From: Macrostomum lignano
Lineage: Eukaryota
Length of the DNA: 64,000 nt
Assembly (NCBI GenBank): GCA_002269645.1
Contig: NIVC01001811.1
Span: 372,001-436,000 of the forward strand
Direction: 5' to 3'
Shown: one piece after another, positions 34,101-46,041 of the stretch
How the letters are laid out: each line of letters begins with the position of its first letter
Position numbering within the stretch: position 1 is the first letter of the stretch
Program-made: the position numbers and the translations under genes
Notes under the pieces: generated by a model
What the model saw: only the letters and a program-made list of their open reading frames with translations
The model's database searches: none
What the model was told of the DNA's origin: nothing

Positions 34101-35800
34101 CACTCCAATCTACAGATCTAGCCACTCCAATCCACAGATCTATCCACTCCAATCTACAGATCTAGCCACTCCAATCTACAGATCTAGCCACTCCAATCCA
34201 CAGATCTATCCACTCCAATCTACAGATCTAGCCACTCCAATCCACAGATCTATCCACTCCAATCCACAGATCCATCCGCTCCAATGTAGCCACTTAAGTA
34301 CCCAGATATAGCCTGATGATTGCTTCACTGTTTCAAACCATCATAAAACTGTCCGTCACCAGGCCACGCCGGATCTGCAGAGCTCGCTAAACGCTGGTCA
34401 GCGCTTACTAGAAGGCGTCTCTTACGCATTCGGCACAGTTAGCGCCGTAGCTGGCGCCGCTCTCCCCACCCGAGCGGTGGCCGACTACATTTCCGACAGC
34501 ATCGCTCCGGCTAAATGGGTGCCCAATTCTAGCATTAAGGAGTGCAAAAGATGCCAAACTGATTTGGCTGGCATTGGGGCTCCTAGTAAGCACCACTGCA
34601 GAGCTTGCGGCCAGGTGAGTGCGTTGCTTTGAAACTGTCATATTAGTAATATAAATAATCATATAATTGATGATACCTGTCCCAATAGGGCCAGGTGTGC
34701 AACCGACAGCTCAGCCGCAGCTATTGCGCGGCGCATCTGAAGGCTGCGTACGGCTGTTCAATCCAAGGACTGGGGGGGGGGGGTCGCCACACACACCCTC
34801 AATTACCCCAGCTAATGCTGACACCCATTTTACAGCTAGGTGAACTGAAGCAATGCGGAGTTAAGTGTCTTGCTCAAGGGTACAAATTGTTCCGAGTGAT
34901 TAGGCTACGACTCATGTGTGAATTTCATTCAAACTTACTGGTACCTGCAATATCAAGTGACTCCGACCCAATTCAAATCTACACAACACACTCGCTCCAA
35001 CACACATTTAATTTTGTTTGTTTGCTACATAAGTTACAACTTTTAAACTGGGGGCTGTGTGCACCCTGGCGCACTTTAAGCGACATTGTCAGGCATTACT
35101 GCCAATTCTGCCGACTCCCCTGAGCAGGCACACACTCACAGGAGTGCACAGCGGCCCTGACGTTAGGCATGTACACCTCACTGTGCCTTAGAAGTTGGCC
35201 TTCAAGGCCGTTAATTGCGCGAGCAGAGCCAAACCGAGGTTCCAATTTAGAACCAAAGTTAATGTGACTGCACTTGGAATGGAGCCTGGGCCATCAGGCT
35301 AAGCCCCAAAGACCACTAGCAGACCGTCCAGAAATCAGGTATACCGGTGTTTTCTGCATCCGCAGGGATTCTGTGACCCGTGCAGCAGCCGCCGAGTCCC
35401 GGTGATTGGCTACGGGCCGGATCCAGTTCGAGTTTGCATCGACTGTGCTGATAGATCGCCTGACCAGGGCCCGCTGGTGGCTCCGGACGACGGCACCCGC
35501 CTCAGACAGTACAGCGAGCTCGTGTCCACCGCCTGCACAGCCGTCATCACCGGGGCTGCTGGGGCTATAAAAAGCTACGCCAGGCCGAGCTATTGGCAGC
35601 CGGATCACCTGGCTGTACGCTGCGCTGTCTGCCGGACTGAATTCAATCCGCCAACTGGCTTGCCGGTGCCTCTGCATCATTGCCGGCTCTGCGGTCTTGG
35701 CGTTTGCGACGCCTGCTCGCGCGGCCGCGCCCCAGTGCCATCCAGAGGCTGGGAGAGCAGCGTCCGAGTGTGCGATAAATGCGTCCAATCGGCTGCCTGA
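24354..35800 (+). CDS. ZFYVE1: ZFYVE1/DFCP1 orthologue (B-box-like zinc fingers, GBP-like NTPase, two FYVE domains), 891 aa
   Basis: Exons 24354-24934, 25523-25900, 26688-27014, 27730-28075, 29468-29824, 34363-34614 and 35366-35800; all GT-AG, 2676 nt in frame. Motifs GKTGDGKSHTLN, DTEGL, LLLKVLAISD, RSRQYWYGNQDP and KHHCRACGQGFC. Confidence 0.95.
25012..25438. repeat. C-rich minisatellite in ZFYVE1 intron 1
   Basis: Recurring CCCCTCACATCCCCAGAA and CCCCTCAGATACCCAGA blocks that degenerate towards the 3' end. Confidence 0.9.
25957..26646. repeat. 28-bp minisatellite in ZFYVE1 intron 2 (CTCAGTTGCTGGGCCAGCCTCCCAGATY)
   Basis: About 24 tandem copies. Confidence 0.95.
27110..27500. repeat. 17-18-bp minisatellite in ZFYVE1 intron 3 (AACCTAGAGATAATCCC)
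   Basis: About 20 copies. Confidence 0.95.
28251..28692. repeat. Composite minisatellite in ZFYVE1 intron 4 (GGTCATTAAGTAGCCAGG + TTATGTTCT or CTACCATCT)
   Basis: Alternating unit variants; resumes briefly after the insert at 29263. Confidence 0.9.
28693..29262. mobile_element. Non-autonomous foldback element, MULE-like (570 bp)
   Basis: GGG...CCC ends, inverted arrays of ~15-bp TTTGCTAGCCGAAAT units at both ends, and a 9-bp TSD GCCAGGTTA / GCCAGGTAA. Confidence 0.75.
29915..30128. repeat. ~24-bp minisatellite (AAAGTACATTTGGCAAGTATTTT) at the start of ZFYVE1 intron 5
   Basis: About eight copies, interrupted by the 30129 insert. Confidence 0.85.
30129..32381 (-). mobile_element. 2253-bp solo-LTR-like insertion
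   Basis: Ends TGATGTAACC...GGTTACATCA with a 4-bp TSD CATT on both sides, a minus-strand promoter cluster, internal (GA)23 and no coding domains. Confidence 0.8.
31441..31522 (-). promoter_or_regulatory. CRE-CCAAT-TATA promoter cluster inside the solo-LTR-like insert
   Basis: Minus strand: TGACGTCA (31515-31522), CCAAT (31498-31502) and TATAAAAG (31441-31448), in canonical order. Confidence 0.55.
33036..34285. repeat. 22-bp minisatellite in ZFYVE1 intron 5 (GATCTAGCCACTCCAATCTACA)
   Basis: More than 50 tandem copies. Confidence 0.97.
34800..34885 (+). mobile_element. CORE-SINE-like fragment in ZFYVE1 intron 6
   Basis: CCCATTTTACAGCTAGGTGAACTGAAGCAATGCGGAGTTAAGTGTCTTGCTCAAGG resembles the recalled MIR CORE CCCATTTTACAGATGAGGAAACTGAGGC..GTTAAGTGACTTGCCCAAGG. 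Confidence 0.6.
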
Positions 35801-36039
35801 TTTTGTTTGTTTTGAAAAAAAATTGAACGATAAAGGAGTTTTTTTTAACTAAAGATAAAGATAATCTTTCGACTGTATTGGAAATATTGATAAAAATGTA
35901 TACTCTTGATACTACTTACTTTAGTTAGTAGTTTACTAGTTTTACTAAATGACGACTAATTCTTACTTAATTATTTTTTTTATGATGCACAGATTTTTTT
36001 AGAATAACTAGATGTGTCAATCACATACAAGATTGAAAA

Positions 36040-36650
36040 TAGTAGAGCGTCTACTCATTTTCAGTAGTTTGTCTGCACTATGTAACTTGAATTTAATGAG
36101 GTAGCTAAAATTTCCTTTCCTTTCTCCTGGGTTTGCGGTTTCAAGAGCATACAAACTTAAGAAATGACAAGCATTTAATTCGATGTACACAAGTGAACGC
36201 TAGACGGACGAAATTCGGCCTAGGGGGTGGGGGCAGGCCCAATCTAGCTCAGCCAATAAGCGAGCAGTGAGGAGAGAGGTCAAAGTCAGACGGACGAAGC
36301 CTGGGAAAGGCCCAATCTAGCTCAGCCAATGAGCGAGCAGTGAGGAGAGAGGTCAAAGTCAGACGGACGAAGCCTGGGGAAAGGCCCAATCTAGCTCAGC
36401 CAATGAGCGAGCAGTGAGGAGAGAGGTCAAAGTCAGACGGACGAAGCCTGGGGAAAGGCCCAATCTAGCTCAGCCAATGAGCGAGCACTAAGGAGAGATG
36501 TTAAAGTTGAGCACAAGCGGGCAAGAAGACAGCCAAACTGTTTATCGGTATGGCGGGGGGGGCTGGTGCGCCACCCCTTTTCTCTCTTTCTTGCTGCTGG
36601 ACTAGGGTTTTTCAAGTTTTGCTGCAATCTTCAGTCTTAGAGTCGGTAAA
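36040..36650. repeat. Dispersed repeat, copy 1, with four internal 73-74-bp CCAAT-containing units
   Basis: Collinear homology with 53283-53830, e.g. AAGCATTTAATTCGATGTACACAA and CTAGCTCAGCCAAT. Confidence 0.85.
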
Positions 36651-37349
36651 CCATAATTTAGCTCGTAACTATCATAGATTAGCGCATGTTTGCGATTTAC
36701 ATATCTCGTTAGTCTATTATCTGTGCTATGATGCAACAATCCCAAGCAATTGTATAAAAAATGAGTTTACTATTACAAAATGCGTCTTTCGCCGTGGCTT
36801 GAAAATGTAAATTCAAAAGGCCCGTATTCAAGCAACCTGAGTACATAAAAAATTGTTGAATCACGTCCTGATATAGTCAGTAGCTTAAAGCTCTTTGATT
36901 TCTCTGGAATTTTTGGTTTGTTCAAATCTATCACGCTTTAAATCCTCACTGCACTACTAAACCGATTCCAGTGGTATTGTCTCCGTTTTTCATCTATTAC
37001 TCGTATTATCCTGTATTATTATTATCCAGATCAAAGCGCGCGCTTTCAATGAGAAAAGAATATTTTTAGGAAGTTTTCTATCTGCTATCTGTGTGTAGGC
37101 TGGTGTGCAGGTGATGTACAAAATATTTGTTTTTTGTATTGCAGTGATTTACTGGCCCACTCAAAAATATTCTCTGTTTTCAAATGGCCTTTTTCATCTT
37201 TATAAGTTATCCATTTGTATCGAAAGGATCAAGTTTGTAAGAATTTTTGTTGCCCTTTATTCAGCAAAACATCATTCTCATCTGTTTTTTAATGCGATTC
37301 TATCGCTAATTAACTTTGAAAATGTGTGTGCTTAAACTATACTAGTGTA

Positions 37350-37567
37350 TCAGGTCATCCGGAAAGTTCTTGGCTCAAGTTGCTCATAATTTTGGCTGTG
37401 TTTCTCTTAATATTTAGAAATTTATTTAGACATTTAGCTGGGCTGGGAGGTGCTTGGTTTTATCCCAAAGCAACTTCTTGCCAACTAAAAAAGTTCTTCA
37501 ACAAAAGGAGTTAAAATAAAGTTGATCGTTGTGATTTCTTTTGCAGGAACTTTCCGGTTTGCCCTGA
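37350..37567. mobile_element. Mariner-type MITE (218 bp)
   Basis: TA-flanked imperfect TIRs TCAGGTCATCCGGAAAGTTC / GAACTTTCCGGTTTGCCCTGA. Confidence 0.8.
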
Positions 37568-40500
37568 TAGCAATGTTTACTATATTGTGTTTACTATATC
37601 ATACCGTGTTTGTATAGTTTGTGATCAAACTGTATTTTTCATCTGTGACTGTAAAGTTTGCATGTAGTTTTCTAGCTACTTTATTATTTTAAAAATATCA
37701 CTGCTTAACTCTCATTGAGATTTATCTGTTAACCTCAGGATTTTACTACGTATAGATAATTGATTCTGCAAGTTTTTGTGACGAATAACTGAAGCCGTAC
37801 TCATGACAACAGGCACTAATTAGCAATATAGTATCAGATGCACTACTGCTCGTGATTCGAGTAGTTATATATATATTCCTCTTGAGCTGCGCAGATTATA
37901 GTTCTAGAAGAGTAGTATGAAAAAAACTGAGGAATGAATGTACAGATAGCTCAACCTTATGGGACATTATGGGAGTTATTCGCAACTCAAAACTCCTGTC
38001 GAGGCAAAGCAACTTTTGCCTTCTGTAAACAACCTGGATCCCGCGGTACCAGTTAAGACAGGACTATGAAATAAGGGAGGAGTGTGGTGTCCAGGGCCTA
38101 GATGTTGCCTTATAGACCTTAAACTATACGTTGCGTTCATTCTTCCCGCTCTTCAATTCCCCAGCTGTAAAACAGGGTGAGGCTAGCTTACACGCTGTTA
38201 AAGCAACTATTACGTTTGCAAGGCTTTGTGCACTTTTGAGTCATGTATCTAAATGAAAAAGCTGTGACTTAGCTTAGATAAAATAGTGATATGCTGTACA
38301 AGTGCTACTTACTAAAATACTATAATCTTTTCGGTCCCCATGAAGAATTGTGCAACCTATTTACTGTAAGTGCTGTAAAAGTAGCACATGTTTTGATTTT
38401 AACAAATTGAAAATCTATATATATGCGTTACTAAATGTGTTTGTTATAACCGCGACAACTATCTGTAGTTTATGTTACCATTTGTACACTTGAATCAGCT
38501 GAAATATATTTTAAAGTGTGCAATATAAAAAATGAAAGCGCATGTTCTTAGTAAACTCAAAATTGTATCGCCTACTAGTTTAGGTAACTTAAAAAATTGC
38601 TCGCGAAAGTTTGCGTTTAAGTTTTTTACCCTGCACAGGCATAACGATAAGCAGCTTATGCTGGAGTGGGAACTGAGGAATTTTAGACGCTGGAATGTGT
38701 TGATAATTCGTACAGTGGGTGCCTTGCTCTCTGCGAGTACTACTCGATTGCAGGTACCATGGATGAAAAAAAAAAAGGAAAAGAGACATGCAGCTTGTTA
38801 CGTGTATACATGTATGTCTAAACCTTGAATATCAGCTGGGATTTACGTGGATTTGAATGGAACTCTATTCAAATATTATACAATAGCTGCTGCTTGTAAC
38901 AGTTACAAGCAATTTCTTATCTCAAATTTTTGCCAGAAAATGGCACCGAATTTAACAAAACTATACGAGCGTAGCATAGTACTCTGCATGTACACCATTT
39001 TATATGCTACAGCTAGAGTACACATACACATGAGACTATAAACGGTATTAAAGAAATAGACAAAAGAAATATAGCAATAAATTTGGCATTTAAGAATATG
39101 AAGTAAGAAAATAAGTAAAAATACAACTTTGTCAGACGATTAATTGAGGGTGAGATGTACATGTAGAGAGTAATCTTACGATAATTAAGATTGGGGGTGA
39201 GATTGCATGAGTAAAGCCAATTAGACAGCTATGCGCATGCCAAATGTTGAGAAAAAATTAAGGATTTTAGAGGCATGTATTAGTAAAGTCGGAAAGTTAA
39301 TTTACATTACGATCCGATGTAATATGATCGGAAAACATGTATAATGTCATATTTTCCGATCCGGAGTTTGCCGTCAGTATAGTAGGTAGTAGCCCATCAA
39401 ACTCAATGGATCGATTTACATTTGTCAGATTGTCGATTTGTCCCAGCCAGAATCTCACGGATAGATTATCCTTAAATTGTGCAAATACCCTCTTGTTTTT
39501 GTTTTTCACTGCGTGAGCTAAAATAAAGACTGCACGAGTAAAGATTCCAATTTTTAAACATTATAGTGGAATTTTAGAGTTACATGTAGTTTGGAGTTGT
39601 GACAGAAATTAATTGCCTCTCTCCTGCAATGGTTTTTCTCGAAAGAATTGAAAACAAAATTTCATTGACAAACCGTAGAGTAAAAGTTTAAGTAGTCTCA
39701 ATAATACTAATTGGTGTTGGCGATAACTAGCATGACAAAATAGAGATCGCGTATGATCGGCGGCCACGCTGTACGGCAAACTGCCGTTTAAATAAATTTG
39801 ATTATATTTTAACGTACGTACAGCGGTGTCTGCTACAAAGTTTCATGAACGTCTCAAAAAAACCAGGTAGAGTTAAATAGGCAGTCAACTTTTTTGATGG
39901 TATTTGATTCAGTAGTTTGTTTTATACATGATTTTTGCGCAACTTTTTAAACTGTCTTGCTCTTTCATATTATCGAACCAGAATCGGTTCGAAGCTTTTC
40001 ATATTGTCTGTCCTTTTTTCAGAATCTGTTCCAGAACCCTGGGGCCCGTGCTATAGAATACTCTTTAACTCCTAAATTCTTAAGAGTGTCCTAGCTCCTA
40101 GCTGGCTTTTCTGTGCTATAGAATCAAGAGTAAATTTTAAGAGCTAGGAGGCTCAGGCTCCTTAACTTAGAAATGACAAAATCCTAGTCTTACCAATCCT
40201 AGGATTATCAATATCTAATTGGGATATCCTAGTCAAAGATAATCCCAAGACCTGGAATTATTAATCCTAATAATATCCTAAGTATTGTAAAGCCTAATCC
40301 CTTGATTCCAAAAATTTTTTTCTCAATCCTGGGAATCTCAATAGAGATTTAATAATTACTAACTACATTAAGACAAAATACTAAATCAATAGCAAATGAT
40401 TTCATGAGCTAACTATACTTGTTGACCTTGTAATGTTCTAACTTTCTTGTGTACTTAACCTAATATTATTTTTTCTTTTGTATAGTTTAATAGTTATATG

Positions 40501-41033
40501 TTGCTACAAAAAGTCACCTAATGGATTCTGAAAAGTAGGCCCCTAACAAAGATATATATAAGTATAATTTTATACTAGCATGAAAAAATGCTTTTTAGTT
40601 TAGGCCTAGGTCTATAAATTTGTGCTAAATCAAAGAAAAATAGAGAATAAGAAGATGAGACTAAGAGGTTTGACTAGAAAGAAAGATTGCTAAAGTAGAA
40701 AAAACAGACAAAAAGGAATGAATAAGAGGAGAAAAAGAAAAATATATAAAAAGGAAAAGACACAAGAGTCAAGACAAAACAATAGTCAATTTGTTAATAG
40801 TTGATAGTCAATTTGTCATAGTGCTCTTAAATTTTGCTGAAGGGCTAAATAGCCACATTAGTTAACTACTTTTGTTCATAATCATATTGCAGCTAAGAAT
40901 TAGGCATAGGCCTAAAAGTCAAGGCATTTAGAAAAAATAGAACAAATATTCAAATTGGATAAGCCTATTTGATATTTGAAAAAAAATATGAGTCATATAT
41001 ATAGAAGTTTTTATGCATGTCTGCTTAAAGACA

Positions 41034-41218
41034 CCTTAGACCATGCTTGGGCGCAACCTAGGGATTCACCCGGCCGTTTCTATTGGCAACACACACATGT
41101 AAGTCGCTATTGGACGGAATAGTAGTCACGTGACTGCTCTCAGCCAATAGCGACTTACATGTGTGTGTTGCCAATAGAAACGGCCGAGTGATTCCCAAGG
41201 TTGCGCATGTGTCTAAGG
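41034..41218. mobile_element. Hairpin MITE-like element
   Basis: ~63-bp near-perfect inverted arms (41051-41113 and 41144-41206), outer CCTTAGAC/GTCTAAGG, and a loop carrying the palindrome AGTCACGTGACT. Confidence 0.75.
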
Positions 41219-41689
41219 CTTAGACACACAAAGAAAGATGCTTTATAAGCTGAGATATTCTATAGCAAATGTTATTACAACATTTCCCAATATACCAAAT
41301 ACAATATATAATCATTTTTTAGAAGCCACTACATTGTCACACTTTGCTCTTTCTAAATGAAAATTGCACAACTGTTTTACACAGTTTTCCTAAGATCATG
41401 AGTTCTCTGGATTGCAAACCTTATTTTTACTTAGTTAGCCTAGGCTTAGCTATATTTTAACTATTGTTTTTGATTTTTTGTAATTATAATCTTCATTATT
41501 TTAGATGCAATTTTTTGTATTGTATGGATATATAGACACTTTAGAGTTAAATAAAACTCGTGTTTCTAATTTCTAACTATAATGAAAAGAATATATGAAA
41601 ATTGGCATAGCCATACTATAAGGGAAAGTAAAAAAGTAATTTGATAATTTTGTTCTCATGGGTGTCAAACTTCAAATGGGAATCTACTT

Positions 41690-42880
41690 TTCTATAGAGT
41701 CCCCCTTCAAGGTTAGGCACTTCTCCAAGTGGTATCGCCATCTTTCTAGACCATACGCGACGTACGCGTAGAACTCAGGAGGCTATGCAGCAAGCCACTA
41801 TATAGTTATTATAGTAGCCTTTTTGGCAGCCTCTTTGTCCTCATGTTGGACTCCTTTAATTGCTTCCTTCAGTTTGGGAAACAATAAAAAGTCCGAAAGA
41901 GCCAAATCAGGGCTAAATAAAGGATGCTGGAGGATTTCTTAGTGGAAATATTGCAGGGCTTCACATCAGAGCCAAGAAGTGTGAGCTGGTGCATTGTTAT
42001 GGTGAAAGAGAATCATATGGTGCAGCTTGCCAAGTCACTTTTTGGCTAGTTTGGAGTGGAGCTTTTGCAAAATCAACTCATATTAGGTGGCATTGATGGT
42101 CTTCTGGCTTTCCAAGAAGTCCACCATCACCACTCCCTCAATATCCCAAAAGATGGTCATCAAGACCTTCACTGCAGACCATTCTGCATAGAACTTCTTG
42201 GGGCCCGCTGAACCTCGTAGCAGCCACTCCTTAGATTGGACCTTGGACTTTAGATTGTACTACTTAAATATCAATGTTTCATCCTTGATCACTAAGCACA
42301 GGTAAAAGTTTTCTGAATCAGCATTTAAGCAGTTCAGCAGGTTGATGGCGCATTCAGTGTGCTGAACCCAGTGTTCAAGCTGCAATAGCTGCGGGACCCA
42401 GCAGGCACTCAGCTTGCTTAGACCAAGACAGTCCATCACAATGGAGTGAGCACTGCCATGAAAGATGCCCACTTGGTCAGCGATATTGTCTATGGTCAAG
42501 TGCCAATCCTGCTTAAGTACGAAGGGTATTGCAAAAGTCTCCGGACTAATGCTAATCCTGGTGACAATTTGTGTTTGATTTCACTGAAAATTGATGTCTA
42601 TGGTATTCAGCCATAGAAAAAAAACTTTTCATAAAATTTTTTGCAACTTAGTCAATCACAGCAATATGCAATGTGGACTTTCCAGACTGCTAGGCATCTT
42701 TTATGGACCCTTGGCCTTTCTTGAAAGCCTAAATCCAGCAATAAATGGTCATATCTAATGGAGCAGTGTCCCCATAGACCTTCTTCAAAGCGTCATTGAT
42801 TTTGGCTGGCTTCCAACCAAGTTTTACAAAAAACTTCACATTTTATGCAAGCTTCAATTTTTTTAATTTTCCATTGCTAA
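41690..42880 (-). mobile_element. Old, heavily decayed mariner transposase
   Basis: Fragments VKFFVKLGWKP..KVYGD, LSACWVPQLL..DET and terminal LEKCLTLKGDSIEK*. Confidence 0.8.
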
Positions 42881-43923
42881 AAGGGTATACTGTGATTAGT
42901 GTCATCATGCAGACAGATATCAATCACTTTAGAAGAACCAAAACTTTGTCAAATAAAGAACAAAATAGTTTTTTTTTCAAATGAAACCAGTTGTAGTTCA
43001 ATTCAATACCTCTTATATTTTAGGCATTACAACAAAATTATTGAATATCATTACTTTTTGACTTCCCCTCATATAAGTAAATTTATTCTTGTATAAAAAA
43101 TTCTTACTACTTATTTTACTTTTTCAATATTTTGCTTTTTTACTTCCAATTAAGAAACAACTTGAAATATAAAGTTATGTCTAGGCCTACCATAAAAAAT
43201 CAAAGACACTGATATTGACAAAAGCTAAAATTGGCAAATGCATTTGTTTTATAAATTATTTTATGCAATTTAATGTTTACATTTTTTCAAAGAGTGGGGG
43301 GACCAAGCACATTTTGCCACAATACAGATCTGCACCTTTCATCCCCCTTGGGTCTTTACCCTTTAGAATCTGCCCCTCAACAGATTTTTGGTTGTATTGT
43401 ACTAGGCCTACTAATAGGCCCAAATATTTGATACTGAAGAACCAGTTAAAAAAACAAGTTCATTATAATTTGATGCATTCTTAGAAAGTCCAATTCCACT
43501 GTACAGTCAGCCCTATCAATGTACAATTGTACCCCTGTTGTTGGCCAGCTCTACCACCCCACCTTCACCACTAGTTGCCTAGATTCAAATGCCCTTTTTC
43601 TAGTCTATTTAAAGTTTGGACTGATGTGCTCTCTGTCTAAACCTTGTAAAAAGCCATTCAAACTCAGTTTGTGTCTCATTACTCTTCTTATTTGTCATTA
43701 AAATTGACACCTAAGGGAGGGAATTCTCCCTTAAATTTTTGTTGCTTTTTGACTTATTATATTTGTAAAAATAAAGTATACAATGCAAATAGTACATTAT
43801 AGTTGGCATAGTTCTATTTAATGCATATTGAACTTTTTAGTAACCATTCCTAGACCTGTCTAAATAATAAATGTTGACAATGTTTACCACCATCATTATT
43901 TAAATTGTTATTGAAATAGACTT

Positions 43924-45516
43924 TGAGGGTCACTCAGAAAGTTCTTAGCCTGAACAAGAAAACAGCAACAAATGAACTAAAAAACGACTACAAGTGCTCA
44001 AAATACTCTCCACCGGCATTGATACAGGCTTGAATCCTGTGAAACCAGCTGTCGAAGCACTGCCGCCAATCCTCATCCCGAAGCTCCTCGATGATGTTTT
44101 TGAACTCATTTACAGCTTCTTCCAGTGAAGAAAAGACCTGGCCCTTCAGAATCTCCTTGCATTTCGGAAACAGAAAAAAGTCGCACGGTGCCAGGTCTGG
44201 ACTGTAAGCAGGGTGAGTCATCAGCTGGACCCAACAGTCAGCCAGAAACTCGAGAGTCTGAGCCGCCGTGTGCGCACTGGCGTTGTCGTTGTCGACGCGA
44301 TTTTGTCGCGTCGTTTAATAAGAGTTCAACTGAGCAACACGATGATTTGGTATTGTAAATAAACGATGTCTCAGTCTCGATATATATTAATCATAAACGA
44401 TGCTAACACAAACGAAGCTCAATATATAATTATTAACGCATTGGGGTGGCGGGGCGCACGGGGTACGAAATCGGGGTGGTGGGTACACTGGATGTACAGT
44501 CAATATTTCAATAGTCAATCAGCTAGTCACTTAGTCATAAGTACAGCGGTAGAATCCAGCGCTGCCTCAGTCGTGGTGCAGAAGCACCCGCGCATTCCGC
44601 ACCTTGGGCGCCTCTGGCTCACAGCAGAAAAGACTTTAGGTAGGCAAACCGTTGTGTACCAGTCAGCGGTGACTGTCTGGCGAACTTCAAGTGAAACGGA
44701 AGCCACATGCCTAGTGCGCATGAAGAAACAGGCCACCATCTGCTTGCCAACACTCCGGCTGCGTCGAAACTTGGTGGGGCTGTCCTCGTCTCCAAAAGTC
44801 CACATGGCTGACTGGCGCTTGCTTTCGGGGTCGTATTGATAAATCCAGGTCTCATCGCCCGTGAGGATGTCCCAGATACGCCGGCTGGTCCCAGATTCGA
44901 ATTTCTGCAGCATGAATCGGCACCAAGCCACCCTGGTGTCCTTCAGCTTCTGCACGTCAGACAGCTGATGGGGGATCCACCGGGAAGCCAGTTCCGCACT
45001 CCAAGGTGTTCATGCAGAATGGCGTGCGCACTCCCCGATCCAATACCGATCTCCTGCTGGATCTGCTGGTAGGTCACTCGCCGGTCAGCGGCAATCATGC
45101 TGGACACAGCGCAGATATTTTCTAGAGTCACTGCGTCACAGGGTCTCCTGGATCGATGTTCATCTTTGAGGCTTTCTCGACCTCAGCAAAACTCAGCAAA
45201 CCAGTTTTTGACGGTTGCGTATGAAGGACATAGATGGGTAAAAACGTTCTGTAAAGTTTGATACGAATCGGCCGGCGACTTGCCTTGCTTGAAGTGCAAG
45301 TACATCATTGCTCTGAAGTCGCGATTTTCCAGCTTCATTGTTGAATTGAAGAACTCAGGGGGTGAACTGACTTTAACTCGCTGCAGTGGACTCAAAAGTG
45401 GCTGCTTCTGTTTGAAAATTTTGCTGCGATACTTTTAAAAGTTAGTCTTTACCATAGACAAATTTCATGCTTCTACGTCTCGTGGATCCTACTCAGGCTA
45501 AAGACTTTCTGAGTGA
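43924..45516 (-). mobile_element. Mariner (DD34D) element, near full-length, disrupted
   Basis: TIR core TCACTCAGAAAGT..TTAGCCTGA at both ends. Motifs MKLENRDFR, TGDETWIYQYDPE, HHD/N, YSPDLAPCDFFLF and GGEYFE. Confidence 0.92.
44290..44569 (-). mobile_element. 280-bp solo LTR inserted in the mariner
   Basis: TG...CA ends, 5-bp TSD GTCGT on both sides, and a minus-strand ATTAAA near its 3' end. Confidence 0.8.
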
Positions 45517-46041
45517 ATATAAGAAAGCTTATACTTAGATTATTGCATATTAGCTAGACTTAAATTTTCATCTAGGTTTGTTTATATGTTAGTTGGTTAA
45601 ACAGTCGACAGTTACTGACAACAATGACCCCCATAAATGCTCCCCTTCCAGTACCAACTGGACTCAGCATCCAGCTGTGCAACCTGTCAATCTCGACAAT
45701 TACACAATCGCATGCCGTTTATCTCCGCAACAGCAGCCATCACGACGCGCCGACACAGCCGACGTAAAGGACTCCATGCAATTCAAGCCGCCTGGTTCTG
45801 TAGGAAGAAAGCGTTAAAATTCGCGGATTATGCGCTTAGCTGAAAACGGCGACCGGATCAACGTTGTACACACTGTCGAATACGCTACTAGCCAGCGCAA
45901 CTGCTAATTCAACTATTTACTTTCAGTTTTATTATAATTATATAATTATTAAAGACAGCTTAAGCCTCTTTAACACAACTACTAATAACTAAACAAATTT
46001 AAAACTTGAACAGTTGGGAACTAAAATAACAATTTAAAACA

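Noticed and set aside
38170-38200. Second CORE-like stretch on the minus strand
   Set aside because: Only about 20 bp of similarity; could be chance.
40030-40160. GGGCCCGTGCTATAGAA...TTAAGAG, resembling a MITE end
   Set aside because: No matching opposite end was found.
46000-46041. AG acceptor just upstream of the EIF5 ATG as evidence of trans-splicing
   Set aside because: It cannot be distinguished from an ordinary 5' UTR intron without transcript data.
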